Shown: one piece after another, positions 21,945 through 33,064 of the stretch | How positions within the stretch are numbered: the stretch's first letter is position 1 | Layout: the number at the start of each line of letters is the position of its first letter | Notes under the pieces: generated by a model | The model's database searches: none | What the model saw: only the letters and a program-made list of their open reading frames with translations | What the model was told of the DNA's origin: nothing | Program-made: the position numbers and the translations under genes | Assembly: GCA_963735755.1 (NCBI GenBank) | Contig: CAVTME010000009.1 | Span: 4,189 to 68,188, forward strand | Direction of reading: 5' to 3' | Length of the DNA stretch: 64,000 bases | Source of the DNA: an uncultured Bacteroidota bacterium | Lineage (GTDB): Bacteria; Bacteroidota; Bacteroidia; Bacteroidales; GCA-2748055

Positions 21945-22496
21945 ATTTACAAATTGAAAGGTATTTAACATCAAAATCCGCATGACCGCATGTCTTTCTC
22001 AGAAACATGCAATGACTTCAACGGGCCATTCAATATTAAAGGCAGGATCATTGTACCGGATACCCCGTTCGGCCCTGGTGTATAGAACTCGTGTAACAGG
22101 ATAGTATATTTCTGTATTATCTTCAAGGGTCATAAATCCGTGTGCAAAATTTTCAGGAACATATACCATCTGATAATTGTCCGCGCTCAGTTCATGTCCC
22201 ACCCATTGCATAAAAGTGGGTGAATCGGGCCTAAGATCGATAATCACATCAAAAATACTTCCCCTGGTACACCGGATAAATTTGGTTTCCTGATAAGGAT
22301 CAACCTGGTAGTGCATACCCCTTATGGTCCCTTTTTTATGAGTAAAGGAAGTATTGATCTGGCAGATGTTGCCATTGAGCCCGTGCTCCTCAAATTCCTT
22401 CTGGCACCAGGCCCTTCCAAAAAAACCGCTCTCATCTTCGATCTTCTTGATCTCAACCAGATAGGCCCCTTTCAGCTTTGTTTCTGTAAAAATCAT
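21945..22496 (-). CDS. rfbC: NDP-4-keto-6-deoxyhexose 3,5-epimerase (RmlC-like cupin); 3' end approximate
   Basis: GTIRGMHYQ, DVIIDLRPDSPTF and FAHGF motifs. Confidence 0.9.
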
Positions 22497-22516
22497 ATGC
22501 TAATTATTTTAGATTG

Positions 22517-23563
22517 TTAATGATTCCATTCCAGGTTCTCATTAATTATCTTGTTTTCTGCAAGTAGTTCAGCACCTTCAGCCGATCAGTTTGGACTCCC
22601 TGAAATTGGGATCATTGAAATTCATTTCCACCAGGTTTCCTTGATTTCACTTAATGGTGACTCTCCAGATCACGGATGGGCTGATGATCGGGTGCCAGTT
22701 CCTTGAAAAGGTCGAAATTACCCTGTAGGAACGTTTGTCCGGGCAGCATCCGGATTCACTGTTACTTTCACACCCGGAATCTGTGCTGCCACAGCTTCAG
22801 CCAGGGGTTTGATCTGGTTGTTCCATTCATTGGATCCGGTATTGACAGCCAGGAAATTTCCTCCCTTTGACTTCTCCCTGATCACGCCCCACTCAAAGGC
22901 CCGTGCCATGTCTTTGGTATTGATCATGGGGCGCCAGGGTGTTCCATCACTCAAGAATACCGATTTCCTTGTTCACCAGGGCCCCGGCCACAAAATCATT
23001 CAAGACCAGATCGAGTCTCAAGCGGTTGGTAAATCCACAGGCAGTGGCAAAACGCAAGGCAGGTAACTGTAAAATTATCATCGGCCAGTGGTTCCAGTTC
23101 CTTTTCAGCAGCAACTTTGAGCGGGCATAGGCTGTAAGGGGATTCAACTCATCATCTTCCTTCTTGGGATATTCACTGGCTGCACCGTACATGCTGCAGC
23201 TTGAAGCATAAACAAATTTCTTCACTCCATTCTTCTTGGAAAGCTTTGCCAGGTTCACTGCTGCCCTGTAGTTCACATCCATCGTAATCTCTTCATACTT
23301 CATTTCCCATGGGATCATTGGAAATGGCGGCAAGGTCAAGCACAGCATCCACATCCTTCAAGCAATTCTTCGGGAAATTTCCTGATATCACCAAAGACCT
23401 GCTTATCAAGTTTGACTTCAGGAAAATAGTATGGATTGGTCAGACTATGGGCAAAATAACCAATATCAAAGCCAATGAGTTCCGCATCGGGAAAAGTTGA
23501 CCGCAATTGATTGGTGACACTGGGTCCAATGTATCCCAGATTGCCGGCAATAATAATTTTCAT
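22517..23563 (-). CDS. NAD-dependent epimerase/dehydratase (extended SDR), frameshifted
   Basis: GNLGYIG, ASSCSMYG, YARSK and LRFATACG motifs. Confidence 0.88.
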
Positions 23564-23589
23564 ATTTTTATATTTTATGAGTATTATAG

Positions 23590-24380
23590 TTAATCTTTCC
23601 ATACTTTCCAGGGAGCTTTTCCCTCCTTCCACAGTCCTTCCAGCAGGTTTTTGTCCCTGAGGGTATCCATGGGCTGCCAGAAACAGTATGCTTAAAAGCA
23701 CTCAACTGTCCATCATTGCCAGGTTTTCCGAGGGGCTCTTTCTCAAATACGGTATAATCTCCTTCAATATAATCAAATACTTCGGGTTCAAGCACGAAAA
23801 ATCCACCATTGATCCAAGCTGTATCATCTCCGTCCCCTTGAGGTTTTTCCTTAAAATATGAATTCTTGATTCTCCCTGTCTTCAGGTTAAATACCCCGAA
23901 TCGACCATGCTGCCTCACCGAAGTAAGGGTGGCCAGTACATTCCCTGGTTCTTATGGTGCATGATCAGTTCATTGATATTCACATCACTCACCCCATCCC
24001 CATAGGTCAGACAGAAGGTTTCATTCTCCACATATTCCTTGATCCTTTTAATCCGTCCCCCGGTCATGGTTATTTCCCCGGTATCCACCAGGGTAACTTT
24101 CCATGGTTCAGAATGCATGGTATGTACCTGCATCTGATTGTTTTTCATATCAAAGGTCACATCCGAATTGTACAGAAAATAATTGGAAAAATACTCCTTG
24201 ATCATATATCCCTTGTACCCGCAACAAATGATAAAATCGTTCAGATCCGTAGTGGGAATAAATTTTCATGATATGCCAGAGAATGGGTCTGCCCCCGATT
24301 TCTACCATGGGTTTGGGTCTGACTCCGCTCTCTTCACTTATCCTGGTTCCAAATCCACCAGCAAGTAATACAACTTTCAT
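23590..24380 (-). CDS. rfbF: Glucose-1-phosphate cytidylyltransferase, frameshifted
   Basis: [34 protein letters not shown] and WINGGFF motifs. Confidence 0.93.
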
Positions 24381-24396
24381 AATATTATATTTTTAG

Positions 24397-25467
24397 TTAA
24401 TGCTGTTTAATAATATTCAATGGTATTTCTCCAGGGCTATGGTTCAATCCCTTTCCCGTCCAGTGCGTATCTGTTCCATAGTAAAGTACTTCATCTGCAT
24501 TCATAAAGTCTTCATAAAGCCGGATACAGGGATATCCCGCTCCTTCAAGTCCCGCATACAACCTTGGCAGGAAATCGTTGTAGGGATCATCGTTGATAAG
24601 GGTATGATAGATGGTATACTTGGAAGGAATCGCCATGAAAACCATTTTCAGCTTGTATTTCCTATATAGTTTTTCTGCCAGATCAGCAATATTGTCACAA
24701 TAGGTCTCAATCTCCTCTCTGTGCTGGTAATAGAAACTTGAAGGCTCCTCATTGAGCTGATCATGGTAAAAGAGCCAGGGAGTCTCTTCTCCAGGGAATA
24801 TACAGGGGTCATATCGGTAATATAGCCGAACACATCAAATTTCAGTGTGGCACTCAAGGAGATACAGTTCCGTGGTCAGAAAATTCCGTGGACAGAAATG
24901 TCCCATAGAGAATATCTGTATTCTCCTGGAAAAAAATAAAATTCCTGGTATCGGCCGATCTCTTCCTAATTCCGCTTCTGGGATCCGGCGATGGGATATT
25001 CCTGATGCGGTTCGTAAAAGCGGTCAGGGATATACCTTTCGGCTGATTCAAAAAGCAATATCTTTTCTTCTGTTTTCATAACCTGTTCGGCCAGGTATGC
25101 AAGGGCCGGTCCATCCTGGCATAAAATACCCGTCTGATCCAGGCTGTCGCCCAGCCTTTCGGGAAAGTCGTCATCCGGGTAAAATCAAAAAAGCTGTCAC
25201 CGAACAGGCAGCATATCTGCCTCATCCAGGTGGGATGCTTCTCGTGAAACGGTATTTCTCCGAATGGGGGGAAGATTCTCTTCCCGGAAATGCTTGATAA
25301 AATTGAAATAATATAGTTCTCCATACTTGGTATTCTCCCAGTACTCGGGAATGATCTTCTCTTTCAGGACGGCATTAAACATGGGGGGAACCCGTACTGC
25401 AATGAAAGCATACAGGCAAACAATCCCCGGCCACATAAATCAGTATTTTCAATAGTCGCTCATTCAT
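24397..25467 (-). CDS. AlgJ/AlgX-like SGNH O-acetyltransferase partner, frameshifted
   Basis: N-terminal TM anchor, GDSFF, IPSKYTIY and GTDTHWT motifs; directly downstream of an MBOAT gene. Confidence 0.72.
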
Positions 25468-25481
25468 ATGCACTTCCTCTG

Positions 25482-26921
25482 TTAAAACTGAAAATAAAGA
25501 AAATCTGTCCCTGCCATACTCCCAGAATCAGTATCAAGTAAGATAATCATACTCAGCATTGCCCATTTCCAGTCCTGGAAAGATTCACATTTATGGCCGT
25601 ACAGACCGTTGAATTCCTCAAAGTATTCAACAACAAGCAAGAATCCAATGCCCAGAAAGGCGATATAAAAGTCCACCCCGAAATGGAAGAGGTTCAACGA
25701 CTGATGTCCCCGCAAAATTGAAGGTGTTGCCGATGATTAGAAAAGCATCATGGTATTGTTGGCCCTGAAAAAGATCCAGGAAAAATAGACCAGGACAAAG
25801 GTGACAAGGATCTGGGTGAATTTATACAGTCCCGGGAACTTGGAAATCCCAAGCAACTTGTTGGCATTCTCCCTTAACTTGTCGGTCCAGATGGCAAATA
25901 CCAGGTAAAATCCATGCAGGGCACCCCAGATGACAAAGGTCCATTCGGCCCCATGCCAGAGACCACTTACCAGGAAGGTAATAAAAAGGTTGTAATACCA
26001 TCGCCATTTGACCACCCTGTTACCCCCCAGGGAGATATATACATAATCCCTGAACCAGGTGGAGAGGGAAATATGCCAGCTTTGCCAGAATTCTCTGATA
26101 TTCATGTGCAAAATAGGGCCTTCTGAAATTGGTCATCAGGCGATAACCCATGATCAGAGCCGCACCGATGGCTATATCCGAATATCCGGAGAAATCACAG
26201 TAGATCTGGAAGGAGAAGAAAAAGGTGGCAATCACATTCTGGAAGCCTTCGAAATCAGTGGGATTGTTATATACCATATTCACATATTCTGCCAGCCGGT
26301 CTGCAATCACCACCTTCTTAAAGAATCCCCAGACCATAAGGAGGATTCCCTCTTTCACCCGCTCATATTCAAATTTATAGTTCTCCCGAAACTGGGGAAG
26401 CAGATTCACAGAACGTTCGATGGGCCCTGCCACCAGCTGCGGGAAGAAATGAGACAAACAGGGCAAATCTGCCAAAATGGTATTCCGGTTCTGTTTCCTC
26501 CTGTATATATCAATGGTATAGCTTAGGGTCTGGAAGGTATAAAATGAAATACCCACCGGCAATAGAAATCGTAGGCCGGACTTCTGCAAAAATATTGAAC
26601 TTATCAAAAAACAGCATTGACGGATTCTCCGAAGAAATTGAAGTATTTAAAAAAGAAGAGCAATCCAAGATTGGTGGTCAGACTGGCCAGTAGCAGCAGT
26701 TTTCGAAGCCGCTTTTCTCTGTCCTTGTGCATAAGGATACCTGCAAAATAATCCACCACAGTGGAGAACATGATCAGTACAATGTACTTATAGTTCCAGC
26801 ACATATAGAAATAGTAGCTGGCCAGCAGCAGCAGTATCCACCTGTACTTTGGCTTCAGTGCAAAATAGAGTGCAACCACAATGGGGAAGAAGATAATAAA
26901 TTCGAGAGAATTAAAAAGCAT
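25482..26921 (-). CDS. Second MBOAT O-acyltransferase (AlgI type), frameshifted
   Basis: [47 protein letters not shown] and SGLWHGA motifs. Confidence 0.93.
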
Positions 26922-26959
26922 GTGAACGGACCGTTAAAAGTAACTAATAATCTTTTTCA

Positions 26960-29134
26960 TTATAATTTGATAACTATCTTCCCGGATTGCAATGGATCCC
27001 TTATGTTTACGTCTGTTAACCTGTAAAAATACATACCATTCGCCAGACCTATTCCCTCAAGGCTGATTTCGGTATGGTCTTCCACAAGTATGCTTTGAAA
27101 GACTTGTGATCCGGTCAGGTCATATAGCTCAAAAATCAGATCCTGTCCTACCAGTCCAGCCCTGTCCACCATCTCAATGAAAAGATTTTGTGTCACAGGA
27201 TTTGGATATATCCGGCACAGATCCTCAATTTCAAACTGGAACATACCCGAAACAAGTGTTACTTTCAGAACATAGGTTTGGTAAGTAGAATCAAGAAAAT
27301 CAGTCGCTCCCATTTTAACAAGGCTTTCTCCAACGTGATCCTGACCCGGTACTCCTATGAGGACACGACTGTCCGGATAGAATGAGAGCCAATCAGGAAT
27401 ATCCTTTGCAAAATATCCAATCGGATCCCCATCAGGATCAGTTGCATTCAAACCATATGAATAAACCTGAGAAACCAATGCTTGACCATTTGGGACCGAT
27501 GTGATCATCGGTGGCTGATTTGAATAAATTACTTGCAGTGAATAGTTCTGGTCATCCACATATTCTCCATCGGTAACCTGAATGGTAACATCCTGATACC
27601 CCGCATCATCCCGGGATGGTATCCCTGAAACCAACCCTGTGGAGGGATTTACCTCCAACCAAGCAGGTTTCTGTGTAGCTGAATAGATGATAACATCAGC
27701 CGGATCAGGATCATTGACCACCACCTGGTAATTATATGTACTTCCCGAATTCACGGAGGTAACAGGTAAGGAAGTTATTTCAGGAGGATGATTCGCCGAG
27801 GAGACATCTATCTCCACGTTAAAGACATTGGATGCTTTGCCATGGTCCATCACCTTCACCGGTACGGAGAGTGTACCTGAAAAACCCTGGTTTGGTGTGA
27901 CTATGGGTCCGGAAAAAGTATAGTTGGCCCCTGATAAGACTACGACACTGAGATCTGCAGGTGCCTTTTCAGGCTCTACCAGGACCAGGTCTTCTATAGC
28001 TATTTCAATGGGGGTACCTTCAGCTGTGGCAAGGGTTTGCTGCCCGATAATCTCCGGAATCCAGTTTACCGTGATCTGAGTAAGGCTACTCCCCATCTTC
28101 TGCAATTCGGTAATCACCCTGCCCTGATCAGTGGCCACAAATTCAATGGTTTCACTACCACTCCAGTTAGAATCTTTGGGGACAATTGTAGCAACCCTGT
28201 TGACATCGATTGAGATATCAAAATGGACAGGTGATGAAGGATAAAATCCCCAGATCATCTCCTGAGGAAGGTCCTCTGCATCAGATACGTATGAATCCAA
28301 TGAAATGGTCTGAAAATCCGATCCGCGATCAGCTGACTGGGATGGCACATTTACACTGGGTGCTGTGTTGTAGCTATTGATGGCCTCAAACCATTTGTCA
28401 GCCATTTTGTCATAACCGGTCTGGTTGGGATGAGCCTGGTCAATTAAATCACTATAGTAATCCAAGCCCGCACCACATTCCATATCCACCATGACAATGT
28501 GATCCCCTGCTGAAATCCTGCTCTGGGCCATAGAGACAAGACCGTTGTTGTATGCAACCACCCCCGGATCAGTTCCACAGGGTTTGTTCTGAGAGCTGAT
28601 AATCTCTGCCATGAAAACAAGGATAGGCTCCCCGGTAACAGTTTCATATGCATCAATAGCATCCAGGATCCGACTCACATCATTTGGAGTATAATCCGTA
28701 GACATCACGTTGTTGGTCCCAATGTGCAAAAGGATCATATCTGCAGGGTAGTAATTCAAATAGGGCCCCGGGGTAACCTGACCGGTATGACCAGATGAAC
28801 CCGTTTCCAAGATCGACGCCACATCCCAGTCTCTTGCACCACTGAATCCTGCATTATCCGAGTCCGTCATCAGGGAATAACCGTATTTACCGCTTCCAAC
28901 CATATCCACATTGAAACCTGCACCGGTCATTAAATCAAACAATCTCTTGCGATAACCAATGGCTTCTGCATCATCCAGACCGTCACAATTGTTTATATTC
29001 CCGTTCAAACACATGCTCCCACGAGTAACAGAATTTCCCAGGGGCATGATCTTCAACTGACCTTGTACATCAAGCTGCAATACCAAAATCACCAGTAAGA
29101 AAACTAATGTGATTCGACCTCTTCTATGATTCAT
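26960..29134 (-). CDS. T9SS-secreted SGNH esterase with Ig/cadherin-like domains
   Basis: Signal peptide; MPLGNSVTRG, LLHIGTNN and DQAHPN; PAWL..SGIP putative-Ig repeats; IYPNP...GMYFY...KIVIK CTD. Confidence 0.87.
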   Translation of the reverse strand: MNHRRGRITLVFLLVILVLQLDVQGQLKIMPLGNSVTRGSMCLNGNINNCDGLDDAEAIGYRKRLFDLMTGAGFNVDMVGSGKYGYSLMTDSDNAGFSGARDWDVASILETGSSGHTGQVTPGPYLNYYPADMILLHIGTNNVMSTDYTPNDVSRILDAIDAYETVTGEPILVFMAEIISSQNKPCGTDPGVVAYNNGLVSMAQSRISAGDHIVMVDMECGAGLDYYSDLIDQAHPNQTGYDKMADKWFEAINSYNTAPSVNVPSQSADRGSDFQTISLDSYVSDAEDLPQEMIWGFYPSSPVHFDISIDVNRVATIVPKDSNWSGSETIEFVATDQGRVITELQKMGSSLTQITVNWIPEIIGQQTLATAEGTPIEIAIEDLVLVEPEKAPADLSVVVLSGANYTFSGPIVTPNQGFSGTLSVPVKVMDHGKASNVFNVEIDVSSANHPPEITSLPVTSVNSGSTYNYQVVVNDPDPADVIIYSATQKPAWLEVNPSTGLVSGIPSRDDAGYQDVTIQVTDGEYVDDQNYSLQVIYSNQPPMITSVPNGQALVSQVYSYGLNATDPDGDPIGYFAKDIPDWLSFYPDSRVLIGVPGQDHVGESLVKMGATDFLDSTYQTYVLKVTLVSGMFQFEIEDLCRIYPNPVTQNLFIEMVDRAGLVGQDLIFELYDLTGSQVFQSILVEDHTEISLEGIGLANGMYFYRLTDVNIRDPLQSGKIVIKL

Positions 29135-29225
29135 TGTAATCCTGATTTTTTTTCTTCCGCAATTCTACAAAATATTATGAACCTGCATTCAATTGAGACA
29201 CTAATTATATCTGATTTAACGAATT

Positions 29226-29270
29226 ATTGATATGAAAAAGGGTGTAAACTACACCCTTTTTCATATCAAT
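29226..29270. terminator. Perfect 21-bp stem-loop downstream of the LamG/Ig gene
   Basis: ATTGATATGAAAAAGGGTGTA-aac-TACACCCTTTTTCATATCAAT, about 20 nt after the stop at 29289. Confidence 0.85.
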
Positions 29271-29288
29271 TTCAATCAAAATTTAAAA

Positions 29289-31718
29289 TTATTGAATTAC
29301 AATTTTTCCCTTCTGACTCTGGTCACCATTAACGACCTTGAACATATAGAATCCATTGGAAAGATCTGAAACATCCATCCGGATCATCATTTCTCCTTCA
29401 TTCACCTCAGTCATCTTCACCACTTTGCCAGAGAGATCTGCAATCTCAATAACACTTGCGGAATTCTTCAGTTCAAAAACCAGATAATCATTCGCTGGAT
29501 TTGGGTAAACCTTAGAAACCAGACTCTGCTCCTGATCAATCCCTGTGGTATATGCCACCTGAACTGAGAACTGATCAATCACAGTATGCGGTCCGTCTGA
29601 AACAGTAATCAGTACAGTATGCGGTCCCAGTTCAGCCTCCGTTGGAGTTCCTGACAATACCCTTGAAGTCGGATCAAATGTCATCCATACAGGAATAAAT
29701 GTACCGGTCAGTGTGAGCGGATCATTATCATAGTCAACCGCATCAAGGAAGTAAGTATAGAGTTGGCCAACCAGAGCTGTTGGGTTGGCTACCGAGTTGA
29801 TTACCGGGGCAGTATTTACATCCCTTACGTTCAGGATATATTCATCCTTCACAACATCATAGCCATCAGTTACAACAAGGATCACATTGTGGTTGCCTAC
29901 ATGCGACTTCTCGGGAGTACCGCTTAGAATCTGTGTTGCAGGATCAAAGCTCAACCATGCGGGGATAGATTCCGCACTGAATGTTAAAACGTCAGCGGGA
30001 TCTGAATCAAATGCAGTGATGTTATACATATAATCACTGTAGTTATCCACTGTTGTTGGTGCAATGGATGTTATCACCGGCACACTGTTTCCACTCTTCA
30101 CCTTGATGATGAAGCTTTGTTCCTTGGTAAACTCTCCATCGGTCACTGTAAGTTTCACTGGGTTGTCACCAGCATCTGACCGGGTAGGGATTCCAGCCAA
30201 TACTTTTGTTGCTGGATTGAATATCAGCCAGGAAGGAATTATTTCTGCATCAAAAATAAGGTCATCTTCATCGGGATCCGTTGCATCAACGAAATACGTA
30301 TATGCCAACCCCTCTTCGGCAGTTGTATCCGGTACAGAATTAAAGACTGGTTCATCATTCACATCGTCAACCGTAAGTGTGAAACTATCGTAAATGTCAG
30401 TAGTTCCATCCGTAGCAAGAAGACTAATGTCATGATCTCCCACCTGAGTCTGATCGGGAGTTCCAGACAGCAAGCCGGTTTTTGGATCAAAATCCAACCA
30501 GCTCGGAATATCTACAGCTGACAGATATACTGAATCGCCATCAATATCATCAGCAGTGAATAAGTAATCATAGTACTCATCCTGCAGTACAGACTTATCT
30601 GGTGTTGAAGTAATCAGCGGGAAGTAGTTGCCAGGCCTGCAATGTGCCTGCCCTGCCAGTCCGTCGTTAAAAATAGAACTGATCTCAGAATCGGACAGAG
30701 CCTTGTCATACACAAGAATTTCATCCATGGCTCCATTGAACGGATACCTGTTGCCTTCGTACTTATCCCAGTAGCCGATATTCAGCGGGAATTCTCCGTC
30801 TGCAGTAAAATCATATGGTCCGAAACCATGGGTAAAGGAGTTCTTCACATTGTTGATATATACGCGCATGACAGTGGTTTCCCATGCATTGGGAGGACCG
30901 TCATAGACAGCAACAACATGATACCACTGATTGGTGGCAATGGTCACGTTCATAGGAGTTACACTCTTTACAGTTTCTGTTGACCTGGGTCTCAGGCTGA
31001 AAGTGATTTTAGGAGCCGAGGGATTCACATCAACATTAATCATCACCATCATAAACATCTCGTCAAAATCAGATGTGGGTGAACCCCGTGCAATCAGTAC
31101 CTGGTTGTTATTTACCGTTGCATGTTGCCCGGCGTAGTTGACCCACATGGAAACAGAAAATCCTCCTGACCTGGCAAAATCATACTGTCCCTCATCCTGT
31201 ACATAAACTGCCTGATCAATAGTACCAAGAGGAGTAAATTGCTTGGCCCTGCTTACCTGCCCGGCTACATCAGTAAGGGAGGCCAGTGCTGTGGCTGTAT
31301 ATCCACCCTTAAAATCAACGTAAGTGTTACCTGTTGTTTCATCCAACTTCCAGTAAGAAACCAGATCATCCGCACAAACAACTGCATCGGTCAGATATAT
31401 AAGGAAGGATCTGACGGATTCACCTACTGTGTTATACGCCTTGACAGTTACCACTCCTCCCTCATTGGGTTCGGATGGGGTCCACTGTATAAGACCTGTA
31501 GTTTGATTAATGGTCATTCCAGGCCTTGCAACAAGGAGTTCATAGGATTCGACTGGATTGGCATTCACTGCATTCAGATCCAGTATGAACTCTTCATCGA
31601 TGGTAGCTGTCATATCATCAATCGGGGGTAGATATGGTGCTTCAGCAGCAGAAACCCTATTACTGATAAGTAACAACATTACCAGAATAGGCAAGCTAAA
31701 AAGGGTTAACTTTTTCAT
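29289..31718 (-). CDS. T9SS-secreted LamG-like protein with 5 putative Ig (cadherin-like) domains
   Basis: Signal peptide; LVSYWKLDE...MDEILVYDKALS LamG; four tandem PxITS...IPxWLxFDP...LSGTP repeats plus one N-terminal copy; VYPNPA CTD. Confidence 0.88.
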   Translation of the reverse strand: MKKLTLFSLPILVMLLLISNRVSAAEAPYLPPIDDMTATIDEEFILDLNAVNANPVESYELLVARPGMTINQTTGLIQWTPSEPNEGGVVTVKAYNTVGESVRSFLIYLTDAVVCADDLVSYWKLDETTGNTYVDFKGGYTATALASLTDVAGQVSRAKQFTPLGTIDQAVYVQDEGQYDFARSGGFSVSMWVNYAGQHATVNNNQVLIARGSPTSDFDEMFMMVMINVDVNPSAPKITFSLRPRSTETVKSVTPMNVTIATNQWYHVVAVYDGPPNAWETTVMRVYINNVKNSFTHGFGPYDFTADGEFPLNIGYWDKYEGNRYPFNGAMDEILVYDKALSDSEISSIFNDGLAGQAHCRPGNYFPLITSTPDKSVLQDEYYDYLFTADDIDGDSVYLSAVDIPSWLDFDPKTGLLSGTPDQTQVGDHDISLLATDGTTDIYDSFTLTVDDVNDEPVFNSVPDTTAEEGLAYTYFVDATDPDEDDLIFDAEIIPSWLIFNPATKVLAGIPTRSDAGDNPVKLTVTDGEFTKEQSFIIKVKSGNSVPVITSIAPTTVDNYSDYMYNITAFDSDPADVLTFSAESIPAWLSFDPATQILSGTPEKSHVGNHNVILVVTDGYDVVKDEYILNVRDVNTAPVINSVANPTALVGQLYTYFLDAVDYDNDPLTLTGTFIPVWMTFDPTSRVLSGTPTEAELGPHTVLITVSDGPHTVIDQFSVQVAYTTGIDQEQSLVSKVYPNPANDYLVFELKNSASVIEIADLSGKVVKMTEVNEGEMMIRMDVSDLSNGFYMFKVVNGDQSQKGKIVIQ

Positions 31719-31857
31719 AATTTAAAGGATTTAAAATATTGTCAATTTGTGAAACATATTTTCTTATAACGACTCATACGCAGATTTATTCAAAAGGTTT
31801 TAAAGAGTCAAAACAACTTATTAAGAGTCTTCAATAATATCATCAACTATTAATACC

Positions 31858-31865
31858 CAAAACTA
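31858..31865 (-). promoter_or_regulatory. Putative -7 element (TAGTTTTG) for the LamG/Ig gene
   Basis: CAAAACTA on the + strand in a 416-bp AT-rich intergenic region. Confidence 0.4.
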
Positions 31866-32134
31866 GTAAATAAGGTTGCACTTTTTTGCCGAATTTGACA
31901 GGGAATCTGATTTTCGGGGTTTCTGTAGCCAGGCATATATTGAATCAACTAATAATGACAATCCTGGTGCTTAAAACTCTCATCACAATTATCATTGGTT
32001 TGGTCAGGTTAGAACTGGTTTTCATGGAATTTAATTCACTTCTGTTTAGCAAGTATTGTATTGTTATTCTGTAAGTTACAGATAAAACGCGGCATTTAGA
32101 CTTCTTAACCAGTCGTATAATGAACACAATGACA

Positions 32135-33046
32135 TCAATCATGCAGAGGGTTCCTCTTTTTACCGAAAAGCGCTAAAATTTTCCATTTAAAAAAACCCCC
32201 TACAAGCCTGAGGGAATGATTCATTGGATGTCTGTAAGCCAAAATCGAGGTTGCATGCCTTTTGTAAAACAAAAAATTCTTCTTTAGTTGGGAACCAGAC
32301 CTGATGTCGGTGAGAGTCAAATACAATCCCTTCAATGTTCCACCATGAGTGATTCCCGAACTGGATTTATCATTCCAGAGTTTCAATTGTGGATAAGCTA
32401 TAATGTTGTACCCCGAAGACTTAGCCCTGAATGTAAAATCGCTGTCCCCATGATACTGTGGAAATAGTTCGGCATCCCACAAGCCAATCTCCTGGATCGC
32501 AATTGCAGGAACCAGGGTTCCCATGCCAGGCAGCCAGTCCACTTCAATGGATTTAGCATACTCCGGGGAATCTTGCAGACCTGACCCAACCATGTATTTC
32601 ATGCCACTTTTTGGATTGAACACACCCCCAAAAGACCAGATCACCTGCTCTTTGTTGAGCTGGAAAATTTTTGATCCGGCAATTGTTCTTTCAGGCAAAT
32701 TCAAAATCACTTTGTCCAGTTCAACGAAGTAATCTTTTGCCGGTTGAATATCGTTGTTCCAGAGAAGTAAAAAATCAGCCTGAAGTTCCGAGATAGCATA
32801 TTTTGCTGCCTCATTGATGCCTCCGCTCCACCACAAACTCCCGTCTCCTTTCACAACATGTATTGCTGGGATAGTATTGGCAAGCCATTCTCCAGTGCCG
32901 TCTGTGGATCCATCGTCAGTCACCACAATCTGATACCTGTTTCCGTTTCGTCCGGGTCCCATGACCAGGTCTTCGAGGGTTTTGAGACATTTTTTAGTAT
33001 AATCCAGATTATTAAAGACAGCGATTAAAATGGCAATTACTTTCAT
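32135..33046 (-). CDS. Glycosyltransferase family 2 (rhamnosyltransferase-like)
   Basis: Start at MKVIAILIAVFNN; TDDGSTDG, GSLWWSGGIN, WNND and YHGDSDF motifs. Confidence 0.9.
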   Translation of the reverse strand: MKVIAILIAVFNNLDYTKKCLKTLEDLVMGPGRNGNRYQIVVTDDGSTDGTGEWLANTIPAIHVVKGDGSLWWSGGINEAAKYAISELQADFLLLWNNDIQPAKDYFVELDKVILNLPERTIAGSKIFQLNKEQVIWSFGGVFNPKSGMKYMVGSGLQDSPEYAKSIEVDWLPGMGTLVPAIAIQEIGLWDAELFPQYHGDSDFTFRAKSSGYNIIAYPQLKLWNDKSSSGITHGGTLKGLYLTLTDIRSGSQLKKNFLFYKRHATSILAYRHPMNHSLRLVGGFFKWKILALFGKKRNPLHD

Positions 33047-33064
33047 TATATTAAAGTCAAAAAA

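Noticed and set aside
31886-32142. Small ORFs of 62-65 aa in the intergenic gap
   Set aside because: They overlap each other on opposite strands, show no recognisable motif and sit in AT-rich promoter-like DNA.
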